DNA of 58,519 bases from NCBI GenBank assembly GCA_034660515.1, contig JAYEJI010000183.1:1-58519 (forward strand), given 5' to 3'. The notes beneath the pieces were generated by a model. The model was not told the DNA's origin, did no database searches, and saw only the letters and a program-made list of their open reading frames with translations. Made by a program: the position numbers and the translations under genes. Of this stretch, positions 18,747 through 27,070 are shown piece by piece. Each line of letters starts with the position of its first letter. Position 1 is the first letter of the stretch. This DNA comes from Fidelibacterota bacterium. Its GTDB lineage: Bacteria > Fidelibacterota > Fidelibacteria > Fidelibacterales > Fidelibacteraceae.

Positions 18747-18980
18747 GTCGAGGGTCGAGAGTTGAGGGTTGAAAAGACGAAGAGTCGAGAGTGCGAGGGT
18801 ATGAGAGTACGAGGGTGCGAAGTATGAAGGGATGGGAGTGTGGGAGTGTGGGGGAAGTTATAAGTTATGAATTATGGGCGGAAAATATCTTATTCTTACT
18901 TCTTATTCTCCTGTTTCTTACTTCTTTACCAATCACCGATCACAGGTTACCGATTACCGATCACGTCTTACGAGTTATAA
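18747..18980. repeat. Composite period-7 low-complexity island in a divergent intergenic region
   Basis: Successive blocks read cgagggt cgagagt tgagggt ..., then gggagtgt gggagtgt, then ataagtt atgaatt, then cttattc ttacttc ttattct, then aatcacc gatcaca ggttacc gattacc gatcacg tcttacg. The 64-aa ORF at 18791..18985 lies entirely inside it. Confidence 0.7.
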
Positions 18981-19032
18981 AATAATGCGCAAAATTCATT
19001 GTATTATATTCCTCTATTGAGTATTTTTACCT

Positions 19033-19130
19033 GACCTCAGGCCTTCTCGGCAGCGTATTTGCCGAACCCCGTCAGATCCGGAAGGAAGCAGCGGTAAGCG
19101 TTTATTCTGTGCGTCAAGCAACCTGGGGTC
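19033..19130 (+). ncRNA. ffs: Signal recognition particle RNA (small, 4.5S type)
   Basis: It contains the conserved helix-8 motif GTCAGATCCGGAAGGAAGCAGC. The terminal helix pairs GACCTCAGG with CCTGGGGTC, and a T-run follows. It lies directly upstream of dnaX, the classic ffs-dnaX synteny. Confidence 0.8.
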
Positions 19131-19158
19131 TTTTTATACTATAAGCAGGGAACATCAC

Positions 19159-20850
19159 ATGAGTCATCAGGTCATTTCATTAAAGTATCGTCCTCAATGT
19201 TTTGAGGATGTTATCGGTCAGGAACATATTACAATTACATTAAAGAATGCGATCGAAAAGAACAGACTTGGACATGCCTATATTTTTTCCGGACCAAGAG
19301 GCACAGGGAAGACCACAACTGCCCGTTTACTGGCGAAGGTAGTGAATTGTGAGAATCCCAAAGATGGGAACCCCTGTAACGAATGCATCAGCTGTCGTGA
19401 AATCACCGAAGGACGTAGTTTGGATGTGCTCGAGATAGACGGTGCTTCAAATCGCGGTATTGACAGTATACGTGATCTGCGCGAGCAGGTAAAATATCCT
19501 CCTACCCGGGGAAAATACAAAGTATATATCATTGATGAATTCCATCAGATAACCAAAGATGCATTCAACGCCCTGCTTAAAACGCTTGAAGAGCCACCCA
19601 AACATATCCTGTTCATTTTTGCCACTACTGAATTACATAAAGTTCTTCCCACCATTCTAAGTCGCTGTCAACGCTTTGAATTCAAGCGCATACCTCTGGT
19701 TCAGGTTATGGATCTTTTGCGAAACATCGCAAAACAGGAAAAGATCGAGATTGATAATGATTCACTGTTACTGATCGCAAAGAAAGGGGATGGCAGTATC
19801 CGTGATAGTGAAAGTATTCTTGAACAAGTAATCGCTTTCTCAAATAAAAATATAAGCTATGAAGCCATTTTGAACATTCTCGGTGTTATTCACGAGGAAG
19901 TATATTTTTCTATGTTCGAAGCTCTGGTAAGTGCAAAAGCCGATAAAGCTCTGAAGATCATTGATGATATGCTCATACATGGATATGATCTTGCCGAATT
20001 TGTGTCCATGTTCTCAATTTTCCTGCGTGATCTTTACATGGTTAAAGCACACAAGTCACCCGATATTCTGAATACGACAGAAAATTTGAAAAAAGACTAT
20101 GCTGAACTTGCGGAAAAACAGGATGCTCATGCTTTGATAAGAATGCTATCCATCGTTAATGATGAGATGCATAGGATATTTCGTTCTTCCAATACGAAGA
20201 TCCTGGTTGAGACCCTATTTATAAAACTGGCAAATTTGCAAGACTTCAGAGAACTGGATGAGATAATCGGGCAATTAAGGAACACATCTCCGGTGTCTCG
20301 TCCTCAAACTATAAAATCGGCTCCTAAGCCAGTTCCTGTTGTCAATAAGGCTCCCATTACAAATGAGTCGCCGTCAAAATCATATACAAGTCCTATTTTA
20401 AATGGAAATATCAAAGGTGCTTCACCTGTAGCAAAAAAGACCGAATCTCCTGCTGAGAACAATGAACCCTCAGAGAAACAAACACAAGAACCGGTTTCAA
20501 ATAACAAGGTACACACAGTCAGTTTAAATGAAGTAAAAGAAAAATGGCAAGCCGTGATAGATTGTATTCAACCCAAGAAACCGGCTGTAGCAAGTCTGCT
20601 GTGTAATGTCGGTATTATAAATATACAAAACGGGGCGGTTATCCTGGCCGTTGAAGATGATTATTCATATAACACCATAACGAGATCAGAACTGATCATC
20701 TGCAATTGTTTGAAAACTGTTCTGGGGGAGAAACTATTTTTAAAATTGGAAAAAAACAAAGTGGCTAATAATCAGCGAGTTGTCCAAAAAAAAGAAATTG
20801 ATAAAGCAACAAAGCAGATTATCCAGAGTTTTGAAGGTGAATTGCTTTAA
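19159..20850 (+). CDS. dnaX: DNA polymerase III subunit gamma/tau
   Basis: 563 aa with a Walker A motif (GPRGTGKTT), a zinc module (CENPKDGNPCNECISC), a DEFH Walker B motif and an SRC motif (LSRCQRF). A Pro/Ser-rich linker precedes the C-terminal tau-type domain. Confidence 0.9.
   Translation: MSHQVISLKYRPQCFEDVIGQEHITITLKNAIEKNRLGHAYIFSGPRGTGKTTTARLLAKVVNCENPKDGNPCNECISCREITEGRSLDVLEIDGASNRGIDSIRDLREQVKYPPTRGKYKVYIIDEFHQITKDAFNALLKTLEEPPKHILFIFATTELHKVLPTILSRCQRFEFKRIPLVQVMDLLRNIAKQEKIEIDNDSLLLIAKKGDGSIRDSESILEQVIAFSNKNISYEAILNILGVIHEEVYFSMFEALVSAKADKALKIIDDMLIHGYDLAEFVSMFSIFLRDLYMVKAHKSPDILNTTENLKKDYAELAEKQDAHALIRMLSIVNDEMHRIFRSSNTKILVETLFIKLANLQDFRELDEIIGQLRNTSPVSRPQTIKSAPKPVPVVNKAPITNESPSKSYTSPILNGNIKGASPVAKKTESPAENNEPSEKQTQEPVSNNKVHTVSLNEVKEKWQAVIDCIQPKKPAVASLLCNVGIINIQNGAVILAVEDDYSYNTITRSELIICNCLKTVLGEKLFLKLEKNKVANNQRVVQKKEIDKATKQIIQSFEGELL
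20433..20439 (+). other. Candidate -1 programmed frameshift heptamer A_AAA_AAG in dnaX
   Basis: GCA AAA AAG is in the zero frame (codons 425-427). The -1 frame reads GAC CGA ATC TCC TGC TGA, with the stop at 20454-20456. Confidence 0.35.
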
Positions 20851-20854
20851 TATA

Positions 20855-20883
20855 TTGACAAACATTAAATATTAGCATAAATT
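20855..20883 (+). promoter_or_regulatory. Sigma-70-like promoter of the receptor/T9SS-cargo operon
   Basis: TTGACA at 20855-20860, a 17-nt spacer, then TAAATT at 20878-20883. It lies about 90 nt upstream of the ATG at 20976. Confidence 0.45.
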
Positions 20884-20975
20884 AATCTGATTGAGTGATA
20901 AACATTATTTGGGAAGAATTTTACTTATTCACAATCATCAATTGGATTAATTCGTAAACACTAAGGAGTTGTTAT

Positions 20976-23900
20976 ATGAGGCTAGTAAAATTGTTAGTAG
21001 CAATGCTGCTTATTGTTGGTATTGCATTTGCGGGTACTTCCGGTAAAATTTCCGGTTTTGTCCGTGATGCCGATACGGGCGATCCACTTCCGGGAGCGAA
21101 CGTATTGTTAAACGGTACCTCCATGGGAGCGGCTGCAAATGCTGAAGGTTATTTTGTTATTCTGAACATACCTCCGGGTACTTACGACCTGGTTGCATCT
21201 TATGTTGGATATGCAAGACTTCAGAATAGTGAGAATAGAGTCATGATCGATCGTTTAACAACGATTGATTTTGACATGAAAGTAGAAGCCTTTGCGGGTG
21301 AGGAAGTGGTCGTGACTGCGAAACGCGACCTTATCCAAAAAGATAACGCCAGTGGTCAGTTGAACGTTTCATCCGATGAGATCGAAGCGCTTCCGGTTAC
21401 GACCATTTCTGAAGTATTGAGCCTTAAAGCCGGTGTTTCAGGTATGAGCGTTCGTGGTGGTGGTTCAGATGAAACAGCATTTATGCTCGACGGTATCACT
21501 CAGCGCGATGCCCGAACCAATGAACCGATCACGACGGTTCCTTTAAGCGCTATTGGTGAAGTATCAGTTCAAACCGGTGGTTTCAGCGTACGCTATGATG
21601 ATGCCCGTTCGGGTGTTGTCTCGGTTGTAACCAAAGAAGGTAAAGTAGACAAATATTCAGGTACGGTTTCAATGCGTATGAGTCCTGCCGCTCCAAAGAA
21701 CTACGGTATTTCAGTCTATGATCCCAACGGTTACTGGCTATATCCTTATTTGAACGATGACGTTGCCTGGACCGGTACGAACAGGGAATCGTTTACAGAT
21801 TTGAATGGCAACGGTACTTGGGATGAACATGAACCGTTAAATGATGTAAATGGCAACCATCGATATGACGTACCTTTAGATGATTATGCTTATGACCAAA
21901 TAAAAGGAAATTATTTCAATGGTTGGGAAAGCGCGGCAATGAAAACTTTACAAAATGCCGGAGATGCTAATGATCTGACCGCATCCGGTGCTCAGCAAGT
22001 TTTCCGATATGAACACCGTAAAGATGGTCAGATATATCAATCCGATTATAATATGGACATTGGTTTTGGTGGTCCGGTACCAGTCTTAAGTAAATTTGGG
22101 AATATGCGTTTTTACGCTTCTTATTTCCGTGAACAGACCATGTACCTTATTCCCTTGACAACCGATGGCCTTCAAAATCAGTCGGGAATGTTAAAAATAA
22201 CAACTGATATTGGCCAAAAAGGAAAATTATCATTAACGGGCCGCCTGGGTTCTTTGGACGGTACATCTGCATCAACTCAGGGATATTCATCATATTTCTC
22301 AAGTGCCTGGGGTATTGCGAATCGTTTGGATCGTTCAGGATTTACAGTTCCATGGCGTATTTTTACATGGTCCTATTTTTCACATTTCCGTCGATACGAT
22401 AATTCCCTTGCTGCAAAATATACGCAGCAACTGACTGAAAAAAGCTTTTTCGATGTATCTGTTTCACGGACACAGACTCGTTATTTAACAGGTCCGGATG
22501 CTCTGCGTGATACAGCAAAAACAGTTGAAGTTGTTCCCGGATACTTTCTGGATGAACACCCAACCGGTTATTGGCCCTACAATGAAAGCAGTATTGATGG
22601 AAAAGTGATGCATGGTGGTTCGCTGGGTGCCGGTAGAGACTCTACGATAACAGCAACTTATATGTTTGACGCAAATTATAAAAACCAGGTATCTGAGAAC
22701 AATGAGTTGAACGCCGGTATTAAATTTCAATTGGAAGACATACATATTGACTTCGGTGCAAAGAATCTGATGTTACCCGATGGTAATGAATGGAATGATT
22801 TTCATTATAAACCTTATCGTTTGACTGCTTGGGCTGAAGATAAGTTGGAATACGAAGGTTTTTATGCAACCCTCGGTATAAAAGGTATGTACTTCAATCC
22901 GAATTGTGATTGGTATTTTCCTGCAACATATGATCCGACATTCTTTACCGGAAATTTTGATGAAGCCACCATGCCGGATTCAATTATACGCCCCGCGCAA
23001 GCGCAGTGGTATATTACACCGGTTTTAGCGATCTCTCATCCGATCTCAGAAAATGCCAAGCTGTTCTTCAACTACGGACATTTTATCCAAAAGATCAATA
23101 CGCAAACCATGTTCCGTTACGAGCGTGAAATGAGTCAGCAATTGAATTATCTTGGTAATCCGGAAGCGGCTTTTGAACGTACGATCGCTTATGAGCTGGG
23201 TTTTGATATGTCAATGTTCGATATGTACACTTTACACTTATCGGCTTATTATAAAGATATTAAAAATCAGGCAAGTTGGACTGACTATGTCGGTCTCGGC
23301 GGGCAGGTCAACTACTCAGCTTTAAATAACCGCTACTATCAGGATATTCGTGGTTTTGAATTAGAGTTAAAAAAAGTAATGGGCGACTGGTTTACCGGTT
23401 GGGTTAACTTTGAATACCGTGTTTCCTCTTCAGGTTATTTCGGTGTAGGTGTTCTCTATGATAATGATATCGAGAATCGCGAATATCTGGAAAACAATCC
23501 TTACCAGAGCAAACCCCTGCCACGACCTAGATTTAAAGCATATTTTGATATCCATACTCCCAAGTATTTATCAAATCCGATACTTGCAGACTGGCATTTG
23601 GCGGTTATTCCAACTTGGACAGCTGGTAGTTATACCACTTGGAACCCGAAGAACGCAGAAGATATTCGCGGTGCTCGGATCACATACAATACGAAGTATG
23701 TGGATTACTATAACATCGCCCTGAAATTGTCTAAGAAATTAAAGATAACCGACAAGATATCACTGAAAGTGTTTGCCGACGTTTCAAATGCCCTGAATAC
23801 CAAAAGGTTTTCGAATGTAGCTTATTATGACACATACGACTACTATGATTATATGTATTCACTGCATTTCCCGGCAGAAATCGGAGATCCGCTTGATTAC

Positions 23901-24203
23901 GGTAATATCCCCGGAACAGATAAACCCGGTGTTTACCGTGATCTTGATGTAGAATATGTACCGATGCAGTATGTTGAAGATATTGCAAGTTTCTCAAATG
24001 GAAAAGAAGGTATCCTGTATTTCAATGATGTTGATGACGATTACTATGTTTTCAGCAATGGGGTATTTACAACGGAAAACGATGCCACTGTTGATCAGAT
24101 AATGAAAGATAAAGCATATATTGATATGCCCGCTTTCGAAGCCTTGACATTCCTGAATCCGAGAAACATTTTCTTCGGTGTGAATGTATCATTTGATTTC
24201 TAA
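20976..24203 (+). CDS. TonB-dependent receptor-like outer-membrane protein with an N-terminal CarboxypepD_reg domain (copy 1)
   Basis: 1075 aa with a signal peptide and a carboxypeptidase-regulatory-like fold (GKISGFV.D..TGDPLPGANV...G....A...GYF.I.NIPPGTY). A TonB-box/plug-like region (EEVVVTAKR ... LDGI) follows. The terminal beta-strand ends in F (FFGVNVSFDF). Confidence 0.8.
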   Translation: MRLVKLLVAMLLIVGIAFAGTSGKISGFVRDADTGDPLPGANVLLNGTSMGAAANAEGYFVILNIPPGTYDLVASYVGYARLQNSENRVMIDRLTTIDFDMKVEAFAGEEVVVTAKRDLIQKDNASGQLNVSSDEIEALPVTTISEVLSLKAGVSGMSVRGGGSDETAFMLDGITQRDARTNEPITTVPLSAIGEVSVQTGGFSVRYDDARSGVVSVVTKEGKVDKYSGTVSMRMSPAAPKNYGISVYDPNGYWLYPYLNDDVAWTGTNRESFTDLNGNGTWDEHEPLNDVNGNHRYDVPLDDYAYDQIKGNYFNGWESAAMKTLQNAGDANDLTASGAQQVFRYEHRKDGQIYQSDYNMDIGFGGPVPVLSKFGNMRFYASYFREQTMYLIPLTTDGLQNQSGMLKITTDIGQKGKLSLTGRLGSLDGTSASTQGYSSYFSSAWGIANRLDRSGFTVPWRIFTWSYFSHFRRYDNSLAAKYTQQLTEKSFFDVSVSRTQTRYLTGPDALRDTAKTVEVVPGYFLDEHPTGYWPYNESSIDGKVMHGGSLGAGRDSTITATYMFDANYKNQVSENNELNAGIKFQLEDIHIDFGAKNLMLPDGNEWNDFHYKPYRLTAWAEDKLEYEGFYATLGIKGMYFNPNCDWYFPATYDPTFFTGNFDEATMPDSIIRPAQAQWYITPVLAISHPISENAKLFFNYGHFIQKINTQTMFRYEREMSQQLNYLGNPEAAFERTIAYELGFDMSMFDMYTLHLSAYYKDIKNQASWTDYVGLGGQVNYSALNNRYYQDIRGFELELKKVMGDWFTGWVNFEYRVSSSGYFGVGVLYDNDIENREYLENNPYQSKPLPRPRFKAYFDIHTPKYLSNPILADWHLAVIPTWTAGSYTTWNPKNAEDIRGARITYNTKYVDYYNIALKLSKKLKITDKISLKVFADVSNALNTKRFSNVAYYDTYDYYDYMYSLHFPAEIGDPLDYGNIPGTDKPGVYRDLDVEYVPMQYVEDIASFSNGKEGILYFNDVDDDYYVFSNGVFTTENDATVDQIMKDKAYIDMPAFEALTFLNPRNIFFGVNVSFDF

Positions 24204-24237
24204 ACGGATTGAGAAAATAGAAATAAAGGGTAAACAT

Positions 24238-26394
24238 ATGAAATTAAGTAAAATAAAAGTGTTGGTAAGCGTTCTGCTCCTCGTGGGAGTGATGGTTCTG
24301 CCGGCACGGGACATTAAATGGCTGGCGATCTCCGATCTGCAGAACTGGTTTTCGTCAGAAGGTTGTGAGATCGAGGTTGGCCGTACCGGTGCGACCGGTG
24401 ATCAGATCGACGGTTTGCGATATCCGGCACTCTATACTAAACAGGATGTACAATGCGCGAAGAGTCTCTGGATCGGTGCAGCAGATTATACAGATCCGCT
24501 CTCAAGTCCTATATACGATCACAAAGTAGTAAATATCGGACCGCGTCAGGTAGACGATCAAGGTGCCATATTTGATATGGAATATAAGCTTATCGGGAAG
24601 AAAGAACGCCCCGCAGTTTATGTTGACGGTTCACCTGCCAATCAGCTGGTCTATTTGGAACCAAGTTTGGATGAAGTTGATCCGGATTTGCCTTGCGACA
24701 GAATGATCTACAACCGTATAAATACCTCTATGGGTATTTCTTTTACTCGTAAAGTGATGGCATTCTCAAATAATTATCATCAAGCATATCATTTGTATGA
24801 ATTTGAATTTTCCAATACAGGAATCATTGATGATGCAGGTACCGTTAATTCACAAACATTGACCGGGGTTTATTTTTATTGGACTGCCCGATATGCAATG
24901 AACCGTGAAGCAACGATCTATGAGCTGGGTATTCTGCCTCAGGCAGCTACCTGGGGCCGTAATACGATGAACCATGCTTTTGGTATTAAAGGTAATTGGG
25001 GCGCCGGTATGACTGAAGATATTAATATTCAAGGTACCGTAAAGACCATACCCACAAATTTGCGTGGTGTATTTTCATGGCAGGGAAGTTGTACAAAAGC
25101 TGCTACATCCCACGCAGATGATTTTGGTGCACCCTATGCCGAAGGCGATAAACGTTTAACATCAGTGCAGTTCCCGGGTATTGTTGTGATCCATGCGGAT
25201 ACGAGTCCATCTGATACAACTGATGATGTTAACCAACCGCATGCCTGGCAATCTATTGCAAGTGATTTAAAACCTCATACCAATAATATGGATCAATATG
25301 ATCGCCCTGCAATGGATGGACGTTATGAATATATGGAAGGTGTGGCTCCAGTAGGTTATTTAGATATGTCACATGCGGAATATGTAATAGCAGCTAATGA
25401 AATTCCTTTCGATAATATGCCTGATTGGCCGGGTAATGGTGGTGGACTCTCAGCCGCATATGGTTTTGGTCCCTATACCTTGGCATCCGGAGAATCAGTA
25501 AAGATCGTTTATGCTGAAGCTGTCGGAAGTATTGATATGAATACACGACGAACAGCCGGTCTTGATTATGATAATGGAGCAATTGATTTAGTACAAAAAG
25601 ATGCTATCATCACACAGGGTGTTGACAGTCTTTTCCAATATTTTGCAAGAGCAGATGCAAACTATAAATCAGGTTATAATGTAGCTTTTCCACCGGAAGC
25701 ACCGGAAAGTTTTTCCGTGATCGCCGGTGGTGATCGCATTAGCTTGACATGGGCTCGCAACAGTGAAAATTCAACAGGCTTTACAGGTTATCGGATCTAT
25801 AGAGCTTTAGGTGAATACGATTCAACTTATCATCTGCTTCTTGATGTGACTAATCCCAATGATTATGTTTTGGATGCAGATTACTGTAAATATGATGATC
25901 GTACTGCTGTTCGTGGTTTTGATTACTATTATTATATTGCTGCTTACGATGACGGAAGCGTTGACGGAGCCGGACGCCTTCTTTCAAGCAGTAAATTTTA
26001 TACTTTAACCAGCTCACCGGCTCAGTTGAAACGCTTGCCGGGTACCTCTCTTGAAAGTATTCGAATTGTACCGAACCCTTATCATGTTCGTGCAAAACAA
26101 ATGCAATTTGGTACTGCCGGGGGACAAGCTGACCGTATCATGTTCTACAATATTCCACCAAAATGTAATATTAAGATCTATACGGAACGTGGTGATCAGA
26201 TCTGGGAAACAGAACATGTCAACAACAGTGGTGATGAAGCCTGGGCATCCATTACGGACTTCCGTCAGGTTATTGTCAGTGGTGTGTATATTGTTGTGTT
26301 CACCGTCACCGAAGACTATGTTAATGAGTCAACGGGAGAGATATACTGCCTGGATGGTGAACAAAAGATCAAGAAATTTATAGTAGTAAGATAA
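24238..26394 (+). CDS. Secreted 718-aa protein of unknown family: novel N-terminal domain, FN3-like module and divergent T9SS-CTD-like end (partner 1)
   Basis: I place the start at MKLSKIKVLV (signal peptide, no lipobox), preceded by an aaaggg RBS. The FN3-like segment is PEAPESFSVIAGGDRISLTWA...GYRIYRA...YYYYIAAYD. The C-terminus is IRIVPNPY...MFYNIPPKCNIKIYTERGD...SGVYIVVF...KKFIVVR. Confidence 0.7.
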   Translation: MKLSKIKVLVSVLLLVGVMVLPARDIKWLAISDLQNWFSSEGCEIEVGRTGATGDQIDGLRYPALYTKQDVQCAKSLWIGAADYTDPLSSPIYDHKVVNIGPRQVDDQGAIFDMEYKLIGKKERPAVYVDGSPANQLVYLEPSLDEVDPDLPCDRMIYNRINTSMGISFTRKVMAFSNNYHQAYHLYEFEFSNTGIIDDAGTVNSQTLTGVYFYWTARYAMNREATIYELGILPQAATWGRNTMNHAFGIKGNWGAGMTEDINIQGTVKTIPTNLRGVFSWQGSCTKAATSHADDFGAPYAEGDKRLTSVQFPGIVVIHADTSPSDTTDDVNQPHAWQSIASDLKPHTNNMDQYDRPAMDGRYEYMEGVAPVGYLDMSHAEYVIAANEIPFDNMPDWPGNGGGLSAAYGFGPYTLASGESVKIVYAEAVGSIDMNTRRTAGLDYDNGAIDLVQKDAIITQGVDSLFQYFARADANYKSGYNVAFPPEAPESFSVIAGGDRISLTWARNSENSTGFTGYRIYRALGEYDSTYHLLLDVTNPNDYVLDADYCKYDDRTAVRGFDYYYYIAAYDDGSVDGAGRLLSSSKFYTLTSSPAQLKRLPGTSLESIRIVPNPYHVRAKQMQFGTAGGQADRIMFYNIPPKCNIKIYTERGDQIWETEHVNNSGDEAWASITDFRQVIVSGVYIVVFTVTEDYVNESTGEIYCLDGEQKIKKFIVVR

Positions 26395-26424
26395 ACAAGA
26401 ACATATAATTAGAAGGAAAGTAGT

Positions 26425-27030
26425 ATGAAAAAAGTATTGCTTATATCAATAGCTATCACATTGATAGCGCTTACAGGGTGTATCTATTCACCCGCAACGC
26501 ATGTTCCGACTGCTGCCGAACAGGCTGTATTGGATATCTTTGCAAATGACACATCAGCAACCATGGATACGGTTGACTGTGTGATCCTTGAGGCAGTAAA
26601 TGCCGAATGGAAAGAATCTTATATTGATACCGTCACCGGGTTTATCGGTATTGATACCAACTTTACGAATCCCTTTACTGCCGGAGCTGTTCTGGTACCG
26701 GGAAATGCCCAAAAAACACGTATCAATGTTATTGGCGCATATCTAAGCGGATATGCAAAGATCAGCTTAACGGCTGCAACCGAACTTAATTTATACATGG
26801 ATATCCATGGTTCTATTAAAGTTTGGGATGCAACCGGTACTCTCGTTGATTTTGATGTTTACGGTATGAGCCCCGCATGCGCAATGGTTTTTAAAGGTGA
26901 CGCAACCGGTTCCGTTATTCGTGAACATTATACATATTCACTGGATGCCGGAAACTACTATATTCGATTCACAAAAGCGGAGAACGCAGCATATAAAAGC
27001 AGAGGCTTCTTTTATGCTGTCGTTAACTAA
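26425..27030 (+). CDS. Small lipoprotein, function unknown
   Basis: 201 aa with an aaggaaag RBS and a lipobox (LIALTGC). Confidence 0.65.
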   Translation: MKKVLLISIAITLIALTGCIYSPATHVPTAAEQAVLDIFANDTSATMDTVDCVILEAVNAEWKESYIDTVTGFIGIDTNFTNPFTAGAVLVPGNAQKTRINVIGAYLSGYAKISLTAATELNLYMDIHGSIKVWDATGTLVDFDVYGMSPACAMVFKGDATGSVIREHYTYSLDAGNYYIRFTKAENAAYKSRGFFYAVVN

Positions 27031-27070
27031 TAATATTAGCTAATACATTTAGATATTTAAGGAGTTTAAG

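Noticed and set aside
18791-18985. 64-aa ORF in the divergent intergenic region.
   Set aside because: It lies entirely within period-7 low-complexity repeats. The repetitive peptide (LPITDHRLPITDH) is a translation of the repeat, and it has no RBS.
20786-20793. A8 run near the 3' end of dnaX as a slippage site for gamma production.
   Set aside because: It lies about 20 codons from the natural stop, so slippage could not generate a gamma-sized product. The A_AAA_AAG site at 20433 is the better candidate.
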